A DNA stretch of 64,000 nt from TPA_inf: Saccharomyces (taxonomy: Eukaryota). This document shows positions 1 through 10,986 of the stretch, piece after piece. The position numbers and the translations under genes were made by a program. The stretch is taken from NCBI GenBank assembly GCA_000146045.2, contig BK006944.2:544001-608000 (forward strand), read 5' to 3'. The first letter of the stretch is position 1, and every line of letters starts with the position of its first letter. The notes below the pieces were generated by a model. The model made no database searches. It was not told where the DNA came from and worked only from the letters and a program-made list of their open reading frames with translations.

Positions 1-3000
1 CACCATCCTTTAACTCCACCAAGATTTTATTTACAGAGGTAAGCATGTTAACCTGTGAAAATAGCGATTTATACATCTCAAATTGTTTGACAGCTCTCGG
101 CAGTTCATCCGCCCTCCGAAGAAAGTTTGCCAAATCCGATTGAAGTAGCAATACATCTACTCTACACCACGGCGTTTCGAAAGTTCTTTGAACATCTTCC
201 CAAAGGTTTTTAATGCTCCTCCAAACTAGGTCATACGTTTTGACCTCTTCAACCACGTGTGTTAGCTGGTCATTCAAAACAACGGGGATCAGTAACATTT
301 TTGCAGCGGCTGCGACAGAGTGCATCTTTTTCTTCAATTTAGTAATTGATTCATTGAAAAACTCTAGGATTTTAAGTGCTTCAGGTGGAGTTAATGTTGG
401 AGATATTGGTTTTCTGACTGACCAACTTTCGTTCAAAGATTGTGAGAGATTATTGATATTTTCAACGCCTTCTTCTAGACTTTTTGCTATAACAACGCGA
501 TGTTTTTGCAACTCTTGTTCAACATAGCTCAAACTTTGCCTCAACGAACTAAAATCGTTATCGAGCTGGTCTATATAGACAAAATGCGATGGAAACCTCA
601 CCTTCAGCTTTGTAAGCGCCCTCATAACAGACCCAAGCAGCTTGATTTGGATATCTCGTTCAGTGAGATGCCTTTTATTTACATTGACAGCCTCAATGAT
701 CACTGTTATATTCTTTAAAGAGGTAAAATTTATATCCATATCCTCGACAGCTTCTCTGTCCCTGTTCATATCTTCATGCAATTTTCTAGCATCGCGTTCA
801 TATATTGTTAAGAGATGCTTGCTGACATATAAGATCCAAGAATCCATTTTCGAACGGATATGACGTTGCGCATCTTCTGTATGAAGCACTAAGTTCTTTG
901 AAAAGTTATTTCGGCTTATAATTAGATCGAATTTTGACTGAGAATCAAGAAGGCCTTTTAAAATTCCAAAGCATCTTTGTGTACTGTTATCGACTACTTC
1001 TAAAAACGCTTCCTCTGTAATTTGCCAGAGAAATTCCATCTTTTGCCATTCTTTGACGTAAGAATTTATCTTACAATGTAAATTTTGAACCTGTTCTATA
1101 CAATTTTGTATATCATCTTTTAGTTTGATGACTAGCGAATTAAAAGTCAGGGTAGTGGAAAGAGGATGATCAGGGTCATGCAAAAAATTAATTAAAACAA
1201 CTTTGTTTAAAAGAGCCTCAATATCCTTCAGTAAAGAACGTTTCATAGCAGCTAACGATGGAGATGATGTTATTCTACCTTCATTGAAACTGAGTTTCAA
1301 TACATGCTTTGGGAAATGCATTTTTTTCAAATTTAAGCGTACTTTCTCCAAGATTATGCTGATAATTAAGTTATTAAACGTGGAAATATGGTCACTAACA
1401 TTAGTAAGACCCTTGGTAAAAAGATTTTCAAAAATAGCTTGAATATTGCTTATTATTTCCTCCACTTCGTGCAGATCATCAGCAGTACCGTCAAAAGATT
1501 TCAGGCCAGAAAATTCCTTGGCAAACTGAGGCTCGGAGTTTTTCAATATTTGATAATCAGAAAGAATTCCATCAATTGACTTTTCCAATCTTGCTAGGCT
1601 GTGTACCGAACAGGACATTTCGGAACTTTCCTCTTGTAAAGATTCCCACGGCGTTATCAGAATTTGTTGTAATAGTAGCCATACAGTTTGCACGTTTCTC
1701 TTCAGAAAGATGTTCGTGTAAAATGTATAGGAAAGTGATTTACTAAGTGAAAAAAAAGTTTGAATTAGTTCAACCAAGTTTATTGCCCTCGGATACAAAT
1801 ACATGTAAGTTCTCGCAATACGTACTATGTGGCTAGGCACTTGAAAAGCCATATAGGTTAAACTCCTTAATTCCGAGTAAGCAGCAGCTAAGGCAAAATC
1901 GAAGTTGACTTTTAGTTCATAATCATCCTCATTATTTCTTATAAGCTTTAAAATAGGTGTCGTCAAAAGATTTGCTGTTGCTTTTTCAGGAAAATTCCCC
2001 AACCAGTGAAGGAACACATCGTGAGGATTTGTTTCCTTACGTAGTTGTACTATCGAAGTTGATATCGAACGCCCTTCAAGTGTGTCATTCCAATTAGAAC
2101 CAAAAAGTGCTTCGAGATACTGCACTATATTGTCAATACGGGATTGTACATTCAGAAAGTAGGAAATTCTTGCAGATATGGGAGGAATGTTATTTAAAGC
2201 TTCCACGTGCAGAATTTTAGGCAAGAGCTCTAAACCAGTCTCCAGTTGCCGTATATCTTTTTTTATTTCAAGTAGCAGTATCTGTTGATTCTCTAGTACT
2301 TTTACTTTTATCCTAGGACAAAGTTCCATTAATGGCTTGAATTTTACTAGATAACTTAATTTTTCGGTTGGACAGTGATCAGAGTCCATAAAACTTGCCA
2401 ACGTATTTTGTAACTTCTTTTCCAAATCGAGCATGTTTTTACTGAATTCACTTTCGGCTTGCTCCAATTTCAATCGAAAATTCACGGAAATATCATGGAT
2501 CTGCTCAAATGGATGATACAATCTCTGTATTTCTTCGTGATAAGTAGAAGGGGATATACTCTTAATGGTTTCTGCCAATGAAAAAAATCGCTTGCGTGTG
2601 CTTAAAATTTCATCCAAAGTAGCCTTTACGGATGCACTTGTAAATGTTAGCTTTTGTATAAGTAGCTCCTGTGGTGCTCTTTTCCTAAGATCCTCTCTTA
2701 TTAAAAGATTGACATCCTGGACAATATCATCCCATTCTTCTATCATGCCTGCTGATTTTTCATATAAACCCAAAAAAGAACCATACTCTAGCTGAAATAA
2801 ATCTGAAAGATTACTTAGAATTGCATCCATGACTTCTTGTGAAATTTTGTCCATCAGCACAACAAATCTTTGAACTGGATAACCTGAATATCTGAACTTC
2901 TTCAAAGAAGATGCTAAAACAGGAAATAGTTCCTGCAAGTCCTCAAGATTGCTTGCCTGGCGAACCTCATCGATAGGGATTGACGATAGAAATTGGTTAT

Positions 3001-3925
3001 ATTTATCCGCTAGCTTAAATTTATCTGAAAGTGAACCTTCATTCAATAAATTTGTTAAATTATGAAATCTCTTTGCGTTTGTTAGAACGGATAGACACAC
3101 CTGAAATTCTTGGCTTTGTGTTTGTTCAATTAACGACTTCAGTACTTCGTAGAAATTCGACCAAAACTCAACTTCGTCTAAAAAAGAACCATTTTTTATA
3201 TCTCTGTCAATGGCTAATGTTTGTTTAAGAACCAAAAACCATTTGTTTGCAATGCTTTGTAAAATGTTCAAAAATCTCATACTTTCCAAATCATTACTAG
3301 GAAGGTAGTTTGCATAATCATGTGAAGTAGCCCCTTTTGATACAGCCAATTTGATAATGCTAGGGACCATCGCTAAAAGATCTGGCGTTTCAATTGAGGT
3401 ATGTAACTGTTGAAATTGTTTAGAAATGTCGTCAAGTTTCCTCCTCGTTTTATCTATAGTTTCGACAGAATATGTCTTTGTATCTGATTTTATCAATTGG
3501 CCAAACACAGACGATACGCCATGTGTGATAATTGAGGCCAGGTTCCCCGCATTTACTGGACCAGGTAAGTATATGGCACTTATTTGTGTTGCAATCGGTT
3601 CTGCATCCACAATAACACTTCTAGATTTAATAATTAATAGAGTAGAATACTTTTTATTCGCCAAGTTGGCATCATATATAGCCTCTTCACCAATGTCTAT
3701 TGTAACTATTGTTCTATCCAGCTCTTCAAAAAGGAAGACAAACAACGTGTCGAACTCTCTCCCATCCAATAATCCCAAAAAAAATTGAAACCGTTCAAGG
3801 TATTGACAATGTAGATAATCAATGAATGCTTGCTCATTCTCTTTGGGAGAATTCTTTATACCCGTTACAGTAGCTGCAACAAATTCTATCAGCTCATTAG
3901 CAAGTCTTGCCTCATTCTTGCACAT
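1..3925 (-). CDS. DYN1: Cytoplasmic dynein heavy chain, N-terminal ~1308 codons; start codon at complement 3923..3925; CDS continues beyond window start
   Basis: Reverse-complement of 1..3925 translates without stops. It starts MCKNEARLANELIEFVAATVTGIK, the N-terminus I recognise as yeast Dyn1. It sits divergent from RHO4 as expected for YKR054C. The ORF track omits it because its stop lies outside the window. Confidence 0.85.
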   Translation of the reverse strand, partial: MCKNEARLANELIEFVAATVTGIKNSPKENEQAFIDYLHCQYLERFQFFLGLLDGREFDTLFVFLFEELDRTIVTIDIGEEAIYDANLANKKYSTLLIIKSRSVIVDAEPIATQISAIYLPGPVNAGNLASIITHGVSSVFGQLIKSDTKTYSVETIDKTRRKLDDISKQFQQLHTSIETPDLLAMVPSIIKLAVSKGATSHDYANYLPSNDLESMRFLNILQSIANKWFLVLKQTLAIDRDIKNGSFLDEVEFWSNFYEVLKSLIEQTQSQEFQVCLSVLTNAKRFHNLTNLLNEGSLSDKFKLADKYNQFLSSIPIDEVRQASNLEDLQELFPVLASSLKKFRYSGYPVQRFVVLMDKISQEVMDAILSNLSDLFQLEYGSFLGLYEKSAGMIEEWDDIVQDVNLLIREDLRKRAPQELLIQKLTFTSASVKATLDEILSTRKRFFSLAETIKSISPSTYHEEIQRLYHPFEQIHDISVNFRLKLEQAESEFSKNMLDLEKKLQNTLASFMDSDHCPTEKLSYLVKFKPLMELCPRIKVKVLENQQILLLEIKKDIRQLETGLELLPKILHVEALNNIPPISARISYFLNVQSRIDNIVQYLEALFGSNWNDTLEGRSISTSIVQLRKETNPHDVFLHWLGNFPEKATANLLTTPILKLIRNNEDDYELKVNFDFALAAAYSELRSLTYMAFQVPSHIVRIARTYMYLYPRAINLVELIQTFFSLSKSLSYTFYTNIFLKRNVQTVWLLLQQILITPWESLQEESSEMSCSVHSLARLEKSIDGILSDYQILKNSEPQFAKEFSGLKSFDGTADDLHEVEEIISNIQAIFENLFTKGLTNVSDHISTFNNLIISIILEKVRLNLKKMHFPKHVLKLSFNEGRITSSPSLAAMKRSLLKDIEALLNKVVLINFLHDPDHPLSTTLTFNSLVIKLKDDIQNCIEQVQNLHCKINSYVKEWQKMEFLWQITEEAFLEVVDNSTQRCFGILKGLLDSQSKFDLIISRNNFSKNLVLHTEDAQRHIRSKMDSWILYVSKHLLTIYERDARKLHEDMNRDREAVEDMDINFTSLKNITVIIEAVNVNKRHLTERDIQIKLLGSVMRALTKLKVRFPSHFVYIDQLDNDFSSLRQSLSYVEQELQKHRVVIAKSLEEGVENINNLSQSLNESWSVRKPISPTLTPPEALKILEFFNESITKLKKKMHSVAAAAKMLLIPVVLNDQLTHVVEEVKTYDLVWRSIKNLWEDVQRTFETPWCRVDVLLLQSDLANFLRRADELPRAVKQFEMYKSLFSQVNMLTSVNKILVELKDG

Positions 3926-4215
3926 TGCCTAAAAAACGTTTTGACGTACTTTCCAATTTAAGCTCTGAACGAGTATTATTGCCCTTCTATGTTCTATGCT
4001 TTCTGTTAATTTTTATATGTAATGTTTGTTTACCTTTCATTAGCTTATTTATTAGAATCCGTACAATGCGACCTTCCGCGCATCAATTCGGGATGATCTG
4101 ATTAAGTAGTTATAGCCTTACGTTAAGACGACAAAAGACATGATAAGCATCCCTCAAAAGTTACAGCAAACTTAAGTCAAATAGGTCCAAAAATCTCCAA
4201 TAGTAACGCTTTTTC

Positions 4216-5091
4216 ATGAATACACTATTATTTAAGCGAAAAGGTGGCAATTGTGGGAACGAAAGTAACATAGTTTCGCAGGGATCGCCCTCAAGTAGCA
4301 ATCTTCCTGAATCACCTGGCACTTTAGATGAAAAGAATCTTCCCAGATTGCCTACTCCATTCGCTAGAAGCCTTTCTACCATTCCTAGTTATGAGCAGAT
4401 GAAACGTACAAACAAACTGCCAGATTATCACCTAAAGATTGTTGTTGTGGGAGATGGCGCTGTAGGGAAGACGTGCCTGCTGATATCTTATGTCCAAGGA
4501 ACATTTCCGACTGATTATATTCCTACTATTTTCGAAAATTATGTCACAAACATAGAAGGACCCAACGGTCAAATTATAGAATTGGCATTATGGGACACTG
4601 CCGGCCAAGAAGAGTATAGTAGACTTAGACCGCTTTCATATACGAATGCAGATGTGCTGATGGTGTGCTATTCTGTTGGTAGTAAGACATCGCTTAAAAA
4701 TGTGGAAGATCTCTGGTTCCCAGAGGTTAAGCATTTTTGTCCTTCCACTCCAATCATGCTAGTCGGCCTTAAATCAGATCTATATGAAGCTGATAACCTT
4801 TCAGATCTGGTGGAACCAAGTTCAGCAGAATCCTTGGCCAAGCGTCTGGGGGCATTTGCACATATTCAATGCTCAGCACGATTGAAAGAAAATATCGATG
4901 AAGTATTTGAAACTGCCATACACACGTTACTTTCCGATTCATTATATGCTCCCAGAGAGCCTACACATACAATCAAAAATCCCTTTAAAAGAAATACCAC
5001 CAGATCAGATATCGATTCTTCTACTGGAGATACCAGCGTCTCTATTTCCGGAACGAAAAGATTAAGAAAAAACAAGTGTATTATAATGTAA
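4216..5091 (+). CDS. RHO4: Rho-family small GTPase with long N-terminal extension, C-terminal CAAX box CIIM (YKR055W)
   Basis: 291-aa ORF with real ATG. P-loop GDGAVGKT, switch II DTAGQE, NKxD-equivalent LVGLKSDL, C-terminal CIIM. Confidence 0.95.
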   Translation: MNTLLFKRKGGNCGNESNIVSQGSPSSSNLPESPGTLDEKNLPRLPTPFARSLSTIPSYEQMKRTNKLPDYHLKIVVVGDGAVGKTCLLISYVQGTFPTDYIPTIFENYVTNIEGPNGQIIELALWDTAGQEEYSRLRPLSYTNADVLMVCYSVGSKTSLKNVEDLWFPEVKHFCPSTPIMLVGLKSDLYEADNLSDLVEPSSAESLAKRLGAFAHIQCSARLKENIDEVFETAIHTLLSDSLYAPREPTHTIKNPFKRNTTRSDIDSSTGDTSVSISGTKRLRKNKCIIM

Positions 5092-5447
5092 GAATAATGA
5101 TGAAGATTATTCTGTTGCCCATTCTGTACGCACTTACAACATTTGAAAAGTGGCAAGAAAAAATACACACATTTTACTATCTTCCGCTATCTTATTTATC
5201 AAGACGAAACAATTAGAACCTGATTTAATTTAACTTCCATTTTTCTGAATCTGGTGTGATATACCGCTCCAATATATTCGAATTTATCCCAATTTTATCA
5301 TAATAATTCATTTTAATTCGATGTCATAAAGTACTAATTCGATATTAATCTAGCCTAATTACATTAAATACTTAATAAAAGCTTCTGTGACATAAAAGTA
5401 CAAATCTGTCATTTTATTTTAGAGGAATAGTTTAGGACAAAGTCATT

Positions 5448-7367
5448 ATGTACGAACAGTTTGAATTTTCTTTTTTTTTCTTCGAAAATTCAGACAATAA
5501 GGTTAAATATAAAGCTCATCTCATCTCATCGATAAAACGCTGGAGTATTATCACATGCATGCGTTGCTTTTGGACCGTACAGAAGTCTATATTTAAAGCT
5601 AGGTTTTTCGCTTGCAGAAACTTTGTCAAGAAGCATAATTATAAACTAATCAGCACCATGACTGGAAGTACTGAAATGGTACCACCAACAATGAAACATA
5701 CCGTTGACAACAAAAGGCTTTCGTCTCCTTTGACAGATTCTGGTAACCGCCGGACTAAGAAGCCAAAGTTGAGAAAGTACAAGGCCAAAAAGGTTGAAAC
5801 AACTTCTCCGATGGGTGTCCTAGAATTTGAAGTGAACGATTTGTTAAAATCTCAAAATTTGTCCAGGGAGCAGGTTCTGAACGATGTTACTTCAATTCTA
5901 AATGATAAGTCCTCAACAGATGGACCTATCGTCTTACAATATCACCGAGAGGTAAAAAATGTCAAGGTCTTAGAAATTACTTCCAATGGCAACGGGTTGG
6001 CTTTGATCGATAATCCTGTTGAAACAGAAAAGAAGCAAGTTGTTATCATACCGTTTGGCCTGCCCGGTGATGTAGTTAATATCAAAGTCTTTAAGACCCA
6101 CCCTTACTATGTCGAGAGTGATTTATTAGACGTAGTGGAAAAATCTCCAATGAGAAGAGATGATTTAATTAGGGATAAATATTTCGGGAAATCTTCAGGA
6201 AGTCAATTAGAGTTCTTAACTTACGATGACCAACTAGAATTGAAAAGAAAAACAATTATGAATGCCTACAAGTTCTTCGCACCAAGGTTAGTTGCTGAAA
6301 AACTTTTACCCCCATTTGACACCACCGTAGCTTCCCCTTTACAATTTGGCTACAGGACCAAAATTACGCCTCATTTCGATATGCCAAAAAGAAAACAAAA
6401 GGAACTATCAGTAAGGCCTCCTTTAGGATTTGGTCAAAAGGGTAGACCTCAATGGAGAAAAGATACTTTGGATATCGGCGGACATGGTTCGATATTAGAT
6501 ATCGATGAATGTGTGCTTGCAACTGAAGTTCTCAACAAAGGATTGACTAATGAAAGAAGAAAGTTTGAGCAAGAGTTTAAAAACTACAAAAAAGGCGCGA
6601 CTATTTTACTGAGAGAGAATACCACTATTTTAGACCCTTCCAAACCAACTTTAGAACAGTTAACCGAAGAAGCCTCTAGGGATGAAAATGGTGATATAAG
6701 TTATGTCGAAGTCGAAGACAAAAAGAACAATGTCAGGCTGGCTAAAACTTGCGTTACCAATCCTAGACAAATTGTCACTGAATATGTTGATGGATATACT
6801 TTTAATTTTAGTGCGGGTGAGTTTTTTCAAAATAATAACTCTATCCTGCCAATAGTGACCAAGTATGTCCGTGATAACTTGCAAGCTCCCGCTAAAGGTG
6901 ATGATAATAAAACAAAGTTTCTAGTAGATGCTTATTGTGGATCAGGTCTTTTCAGTATATGCAGCTCCAAGGGCGTAGATAAAGTGATTGGTGTAGAAAT
7001 TTCCGCTGACAGTGTCTCTTTTGCAGAAAAAAATGCAAAGGCAAATGGTGTTGAAAACTGTAGATTCATCGTTGGAAAGGCTGAGAAACTCTTTGAGTCT
7101 ATTGATACTCCAAGTGAAAACACTTCCGTTATCTTGGATCCACCACGCAAGGGCTGTGACGAATTATTCCTAAAGCAATTAGCCGCATATAATCCAGCCA
7201 AGATTATTTACATATCGTGTAATGTCCATTCCCAGGCACGTGATGTCGAGTACTTCCTCAAAGAAACAGAAAACGGTTCCGCCCACCAGATTGAAAGCAT
7301 AAGAGGATTTGATTTCTTTCCACAAACGCACCACGTTGAGAGTGTGTGTATAATGAAGAGAATCTAA
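5448..7367 (+). CDS. TRM2: tRNA (m5U54) methyltransferase (YKR056W)
   Basis: 639-aa ORF. C-terminal SAM-dependent RNA m5U methyltransferase fold (DAYCGSGLFS; ILDPPRKG). Position between RHO4 and RPS21A. Confidence 0.9.
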   Translation: MYEQFEFSFFFFENSDNKVKYKAHLISSIKRWSIITCMRCFWTVQKSIFKARFFACRNFVKKHNYKLISTMTGSTEMVPPTMKHTVDNKRLSSPLTDSGNRRTKKPKLRKYKAKKVETTSPMGVLEFEVNDLLKSQNLSREQVLNDVTSILNDKSSTDGPIVLQYHREVKNVKVLEITSNGNGLALIDNPVETEKKQVVIIPFGLPGDVVNIKVFKTHPYYVESDLLDVVEKSPMRRDDLIRDKYFGKSSGSQLEFLTYDDQLELKRKTIMNAYKFFAPRLVAEKLLPPFDTTVASPLQFGYRTKITPHFDMPKRKQKELSVRPPLGFGQKGRPQWRKDTLDIGGHGSILDIDECVLATEVLNKGLTNERRKFEQEFKNYKKGATILLRENTTILDPSKPTLEQLTEEASRDENGDISYVEVEDKKNNVRLAKTCVTNPRQIVTEYVDGYTFNFSAGEFFQNNNSILPIVTKYVRDNLQAPAKGDDNKTKFLVDAYCGSGLFSICSSKGVDKVIGVEISADSVSFAEKNAKANGVENCRFIVGKAEKLFESIDTPSENTSVILDPPRKGCDELFLKQLAAYNPAKIIYISCNVHSQARDVEYFLKETENGSAHQIESIRGFDFFPQTHHVESVCIMKRI

Positions 7368-7656
7368 TTGCACATATAAAATATCTATCACTATGTATAT
7401 CTTTCTAGAGTAAATGTCTTCCTGTACTTTTAAATCCGTACATTTTGAAAATTGAAAATGTATCTCAGATTCATTTTTCAATTCGAAATGAACGAAAATT
7501 ACACTAAAAAGGTAACGTGTAGAGTGATATTATGCACAACGATTTTTTGAAAATTTCATATACGTTATTCTAATGTTTAGTAGAGAGTTTAGCGGAAGAT
7601 ATAAGGTGATCAGGCGTAAATTAACCACATACAAACCATAGAAACATCATACCAAA

Positions 7657-8242
7657 ATGGAAAACGATAAGGGCCAATTAGTATGTTCGAGAAATCTATA
7701 AGATTTTTTATATTTTAACGGATGAATGGAAAGTGCATGGCTGTTTAAATAAATGTAAGAAAGATATCATAATGCAAACAAAACGTAGGCATCCGCAATG
7801 TATGGAAAACATACTTATGGTTACCGATAATAAGCAACTCCGAAGGTGCCATAGACCAGCTCTGAATGCAGCCTACAAAAGTTGAGCAATTTCTGACAAA
7901 ATTCTTCGATTACTTTCTTCACATGTATTAAATCATCACTCACCACCACCAACAATGTGTTTTTTAAACTAGCATAACTAACAAAGATTTGTTTTACATC
8001 AGGTCGAACTTTACGTTCCAAGAAAATGTTCTGCTACCAACAGAATCATCAAGGCTGATGACCACGCATCTGTTCAAATCAACGTCGCTAAGGTTGATGA
8101 AGAAGGACGTGCTATCCCAGGTGAGTACGTTACCTACGCTTTGTCCGGTTACGTTAGATCCAGAGGTGAATCTGATGATTCTTTGAACCGTTTGGCTCAA
8201 AACGATGGTTTGTTAAAGAACGTCTGGTCTTACTCACGTTAA
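7657..8242 (+). CDS. RPS21A: Ribosomal protein S21 (eS21), two exons: join(7657..7680, 8003..8242), 87 aa (YKR057W)
   Basis: Exon 1 ATGGAAAACGATAAGGGCCAATTA (MENDKGQL) is followed by GTATGT at 7681. Exon 2 after AG at 8001..8002 reads [79 protein letters not shown], stop TAA 8240..8242. The ORF track shows only fragments because of the intron. Confidence 0.9.
7681..8002 (+). other. RPS21A: Spliceosomal intron of RPS21A (322 nt)
   Basis: 5' splice site GTATGT at 7681..7686. Branch-point-like TAACTAAC at 7975..7982. 3' splice site AG at 8001..8002. The spliced frame gives the canonical eS21 sequence. Confidence 0.85.
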
Positions 8243-8769
8243 GAGAAAAGAAAAAGAGGATTCGATTTAAGCTTCATATCGTTCAGACTAATAGGTAACT
8301 GACGATTTTTCTCTTCATTACCAACTTTTCACCATATGTTCTAATTCGTCGGATTTTCGATGAAGCGTTTTAGGTACTCTATAGGTATTTAGGTTATAAT
8401 AATATATTGTATTTTTAGACAACCGGAACCTGTTTAATTTGAAGAGTCATTGTATTCTTGGCTATTCTGTTTAAAGTTTTGCAGTGTGGAGTCCCTGAGA
8501 AACCCCCGAGCAAAAAAAAGACCCCAAAACCCCGTAAATATTACTACTCTACTTGTGTGTTATACATTTTCAGGAGTCAAAACGTACTAACAACCTTAAG
8601 CTTGCTTAAAGAGGTGCTATATATGTCGATAAGAAGCAGAGTATAAGGGTGCCTGAAAATGTTTGTTGCTTGTAAGCTATGCCTTTACTCTTGACTTACT
8701 TCAATATTGTTGGCAATTCGTGGTGGAGACTTAGTAGGGATTCTATTTTCGCGTACTAGTGTGATGGGA

Positions 8770-10620
8770 ATGTATAAGAAGCTGGCTATTGCCACATTGC
8801 TCTATTCCGCAGATTATTTACCAGGTGTGTTTGCCCTTGGTCACCAAGTGAATAAATTGTTAGAGGAAGCAGGCAAAAAAGGCGACATTGAAACATGCCT
8901 TATTGTGACGACCTCTCTATTTAATGGCACTTTAAGCGAGCTAGCCAAGAATATTTTACAATCAATATACACCAAAATTGTGTTGGTAGAGCCTTTAAAT
9001 TGCCAAGAAGAAAGCATACAGAAGAATAGTGAGAATTTAGCTCTTTTGGAAAGACCTGAATTATCCTTTGCCTTAATCAAAGCAAGACTATGGGAATTAA
9101 CTCAGTTCGAACAAGTTCTTTACTTGGATTCCGACACTTTACCTCTGAATAAAGAATTTTTAAAGTTGTTTGACATTATGTCTAAACAAACCACGTCACA
9201 AGTGGGTGCTATTGCTGATATCGGCTGGCCTGATATGTTCAATAGCGGTGTCATGATGCTAATACCGGATGCTGATACTGCATCCGTTTTACAAAATTAT
9301 ATTTTTGAAAACACTTCAATTGATGGTTCTGACCAGGGCATTTTAAACCAGTTCTTCAATCAAAATTGTTGCACTGATGAGCTAGTTAAAGACAGTTTCT
9401 CTCGAGAATGGGTACAGTTATCATTTACGTATAACGTAACTATTCCTAATTTAGGCTACCAATCTTCACCTGCTATGAATTACTTTAAACCTAGCATTAA
9501 GTTGATTCATTTCATTGGGAAACACAAGCCATGGTCATTGTGGTCCCAAAAGAATTTCATTAAAAACGAGTATCATGATCAATGGAATGAGGTATACGAG
9601 GAATTTAAGGAAGAACATCAATTAAATAACGAAGTTTCGAAGCCAAAGATTAGTGATTCCGATAAAACTGAGACTCCTGAAACGATAACCCCAGTGGATG
9701 CCCCTCCATCGAACGAACCCACTACGAATCAAGAGATCGACACAATTAGTACAGTGGAAGAAAACGTGGACAACCAGAACGCCGAGCCTGTTCCTAACTC
9801 GGATCATAGCCCTGCTCCTAACCCTGTCCCATTGGATTTTACCAAGTGGTTAACAACCTTTATTAACAAAGATCACTTGACTAATCAGCCAGTAAATGAA
9901 AGCAGAGAATATTCGAAAGAGAATGATAACAATATAATCAATAGCAGTTCAAACCGCGACCAAGAAAGTCCTCCAAATAGTACTCAGGAACTAAACAGCT
10001 CTTATAGCGTTGTGAGTACTCAAGCTGATAGCGATGAGCACCAAAATGCAGAAGAGGAGGATAGTACGACAGATAACGCTTCAAATTCTGGAGAAGAAAG
10101 CCACCTCGATGATATAAGCACGGCCGCTTCTTCCAATAACAATGTAAGTAATCAACCAGATGGCAAAAATTTTAGCAATTCTAAAGAAAATAATATCAGT
10201 GTCGAATCTAGCCCTTCAAATCCAGAACAGAAAAGGTCAACTGACAATATACAAAAACCAAGTGTTTCTACTAATGACTTACCAGACGACGTAGAACCAC
10301 ATACCTCTGTTGATGACAATATACAGTACTTAGAAAAAGACAAGGAAGGTTATGAAGAATTTCTTCCGGACGTGTACGAGTCAAATGCAATCGATAACGA
10401 AGAAGAATTTTTTGATGACGATGCAAGAGATGCTACCGAAGGAGAAACGAAGACGAGTGCAGTTGCAGATAAACAGGAGGATATGAAACTTACAGCAGAG
10501 GAAACCAACCAACCGCAACAAGAAATGCCCAACTTCAAATTTGACTGGGAGGACTCTGATTATCTATCCAAAGTAGAGAGGTGTTTCCCTGATGATATTT
10601 TTGAGTATGCAGTAGAGTAA
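8770..10620 (+). CDS. GLG1: Glycogenin glucosyltransferase (YKR058W), GT8 catalytic domain plus long low-complexity C-terminus
   Basis: N-terminal GT8 motifs (LYSADYLPG, YLDSDTL, DxD). ORF-track start 8707 is TTG. In-frame ATGs at 8764 and 8770; I chose 8770 (616 aa) from memory of the protein length. Confidence 0.8.
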   Translation: MYKKLAIATLLYSADYLPGVFALGHQVNKLLEEAGKKGDIETCLIVTTSLFNGTLSELAKNILQSIYTKIVLVEPLNCQEESIQKNSENLALLERPELSFALIKARLWELTQFEQVLYLDSDTLPLNKEFLKLFDIMSKQTTSQVGAIADIGWPDMFNSGVMMLIPDADTASVLQNYIFENTSIDGSDQGILNQFFNQNCCTDELVKDSFSREWVQLSFTYNVTIPNLGYQSSPAMNYFKPSIKLIHFIGKHKPWSLWSQKNFIKNEYHDQWNEVYEEFKEEHQLNNEVSKPKISDSDKTETPETITPVDAPPSNEPTTNQEIDTISTVEENVDNQNAEPVPNSDHSPAPNPVPLDFTKWLTTFINKDHLTNQPVNESREYSKENDNNIINSSSNRDQESPPNSTQELNSSYSVVSTQADSDEHQNAEEEDSTTDNASNSGEESHLDDISTAASSNNNVSNQPDGKNFSNSKENNISVESSPSNPEQKRSTDNIQKPSVSTNDLPDDVEPHTSVDDNIQYLEKDKEGYEEFLPDVYESNAIDNEEEFFDDDARDATEGETKTSAVADKQEDMKLTAEETNQPQQEMPNFKFDWEDSDYLSKVERCFPDDIFEYAVE

Positions 10621-10800
10621 ACTTCCACGCACATATTAGGAAAATTAAAAGACATATCTATGTAAAGACCTTTTCGACTATACAAAAATGCATAACTATT
10701 CTATATACATTCAAACTCGAAATTTACTTTAAAGGTTTATCAGCAACAACATCCGATGCTTGCTGTTTATCTTTTCTCACCTCACAACGTTTATAGTGAC

Positions 10801-10812
10801 TGAAAAATTTTT
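10801..10812. promoter_or_regulatory. RRPE motif TGAAAAATTTTT about 175 bp upstream of TIF1
   Basis: gacTGAAAAATTTTTgca read directly. Confidence 0.4.
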
Positions 10813-10986
10813 GCATTCTCACCTCGTCTATTGAATGATGTGCTAAGAACTTGAGCTAACATCACAGAACAAAGGTATGAATATACGCAGCCCTGACATT
10901 TGTAGATTTTTTATTTGGTCTCTAGTCTTTTCTTTTCTTATTTTATAACAAATTCGTTAAACGGCCTCCTTCTAATTATATACAAG

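Noticed and set aside
7368-7656. Looked for Rap1 (ACACCCRYACAY) or Fhl1/IFHL sites in the RPS21A promoter
   Set aside because: No convincing match within 290 bp upstream; the nearest is 3 or more mismatches. The sites may lie farther upstream within the TRM2 3' region, or this ribosomal-protein gene may use other factors.
7681-8002. Possible intron-hosted snoRNA in RPS21A
   Set aside because: There are isolated CTGA and GATGA strings but no properly spaced C/D or H/ACA box arrangement and no terminal stem.
8584-8590. Perfect TACTAAC branch-point heptamer upstream of GLG1, hinting at a 5'-UTR intron
   Set aside because: There is no GTATGT donor upstream within a plausible distance. About eight TACTAAC 7-mers are expected by chance in 64 kb on both strands.
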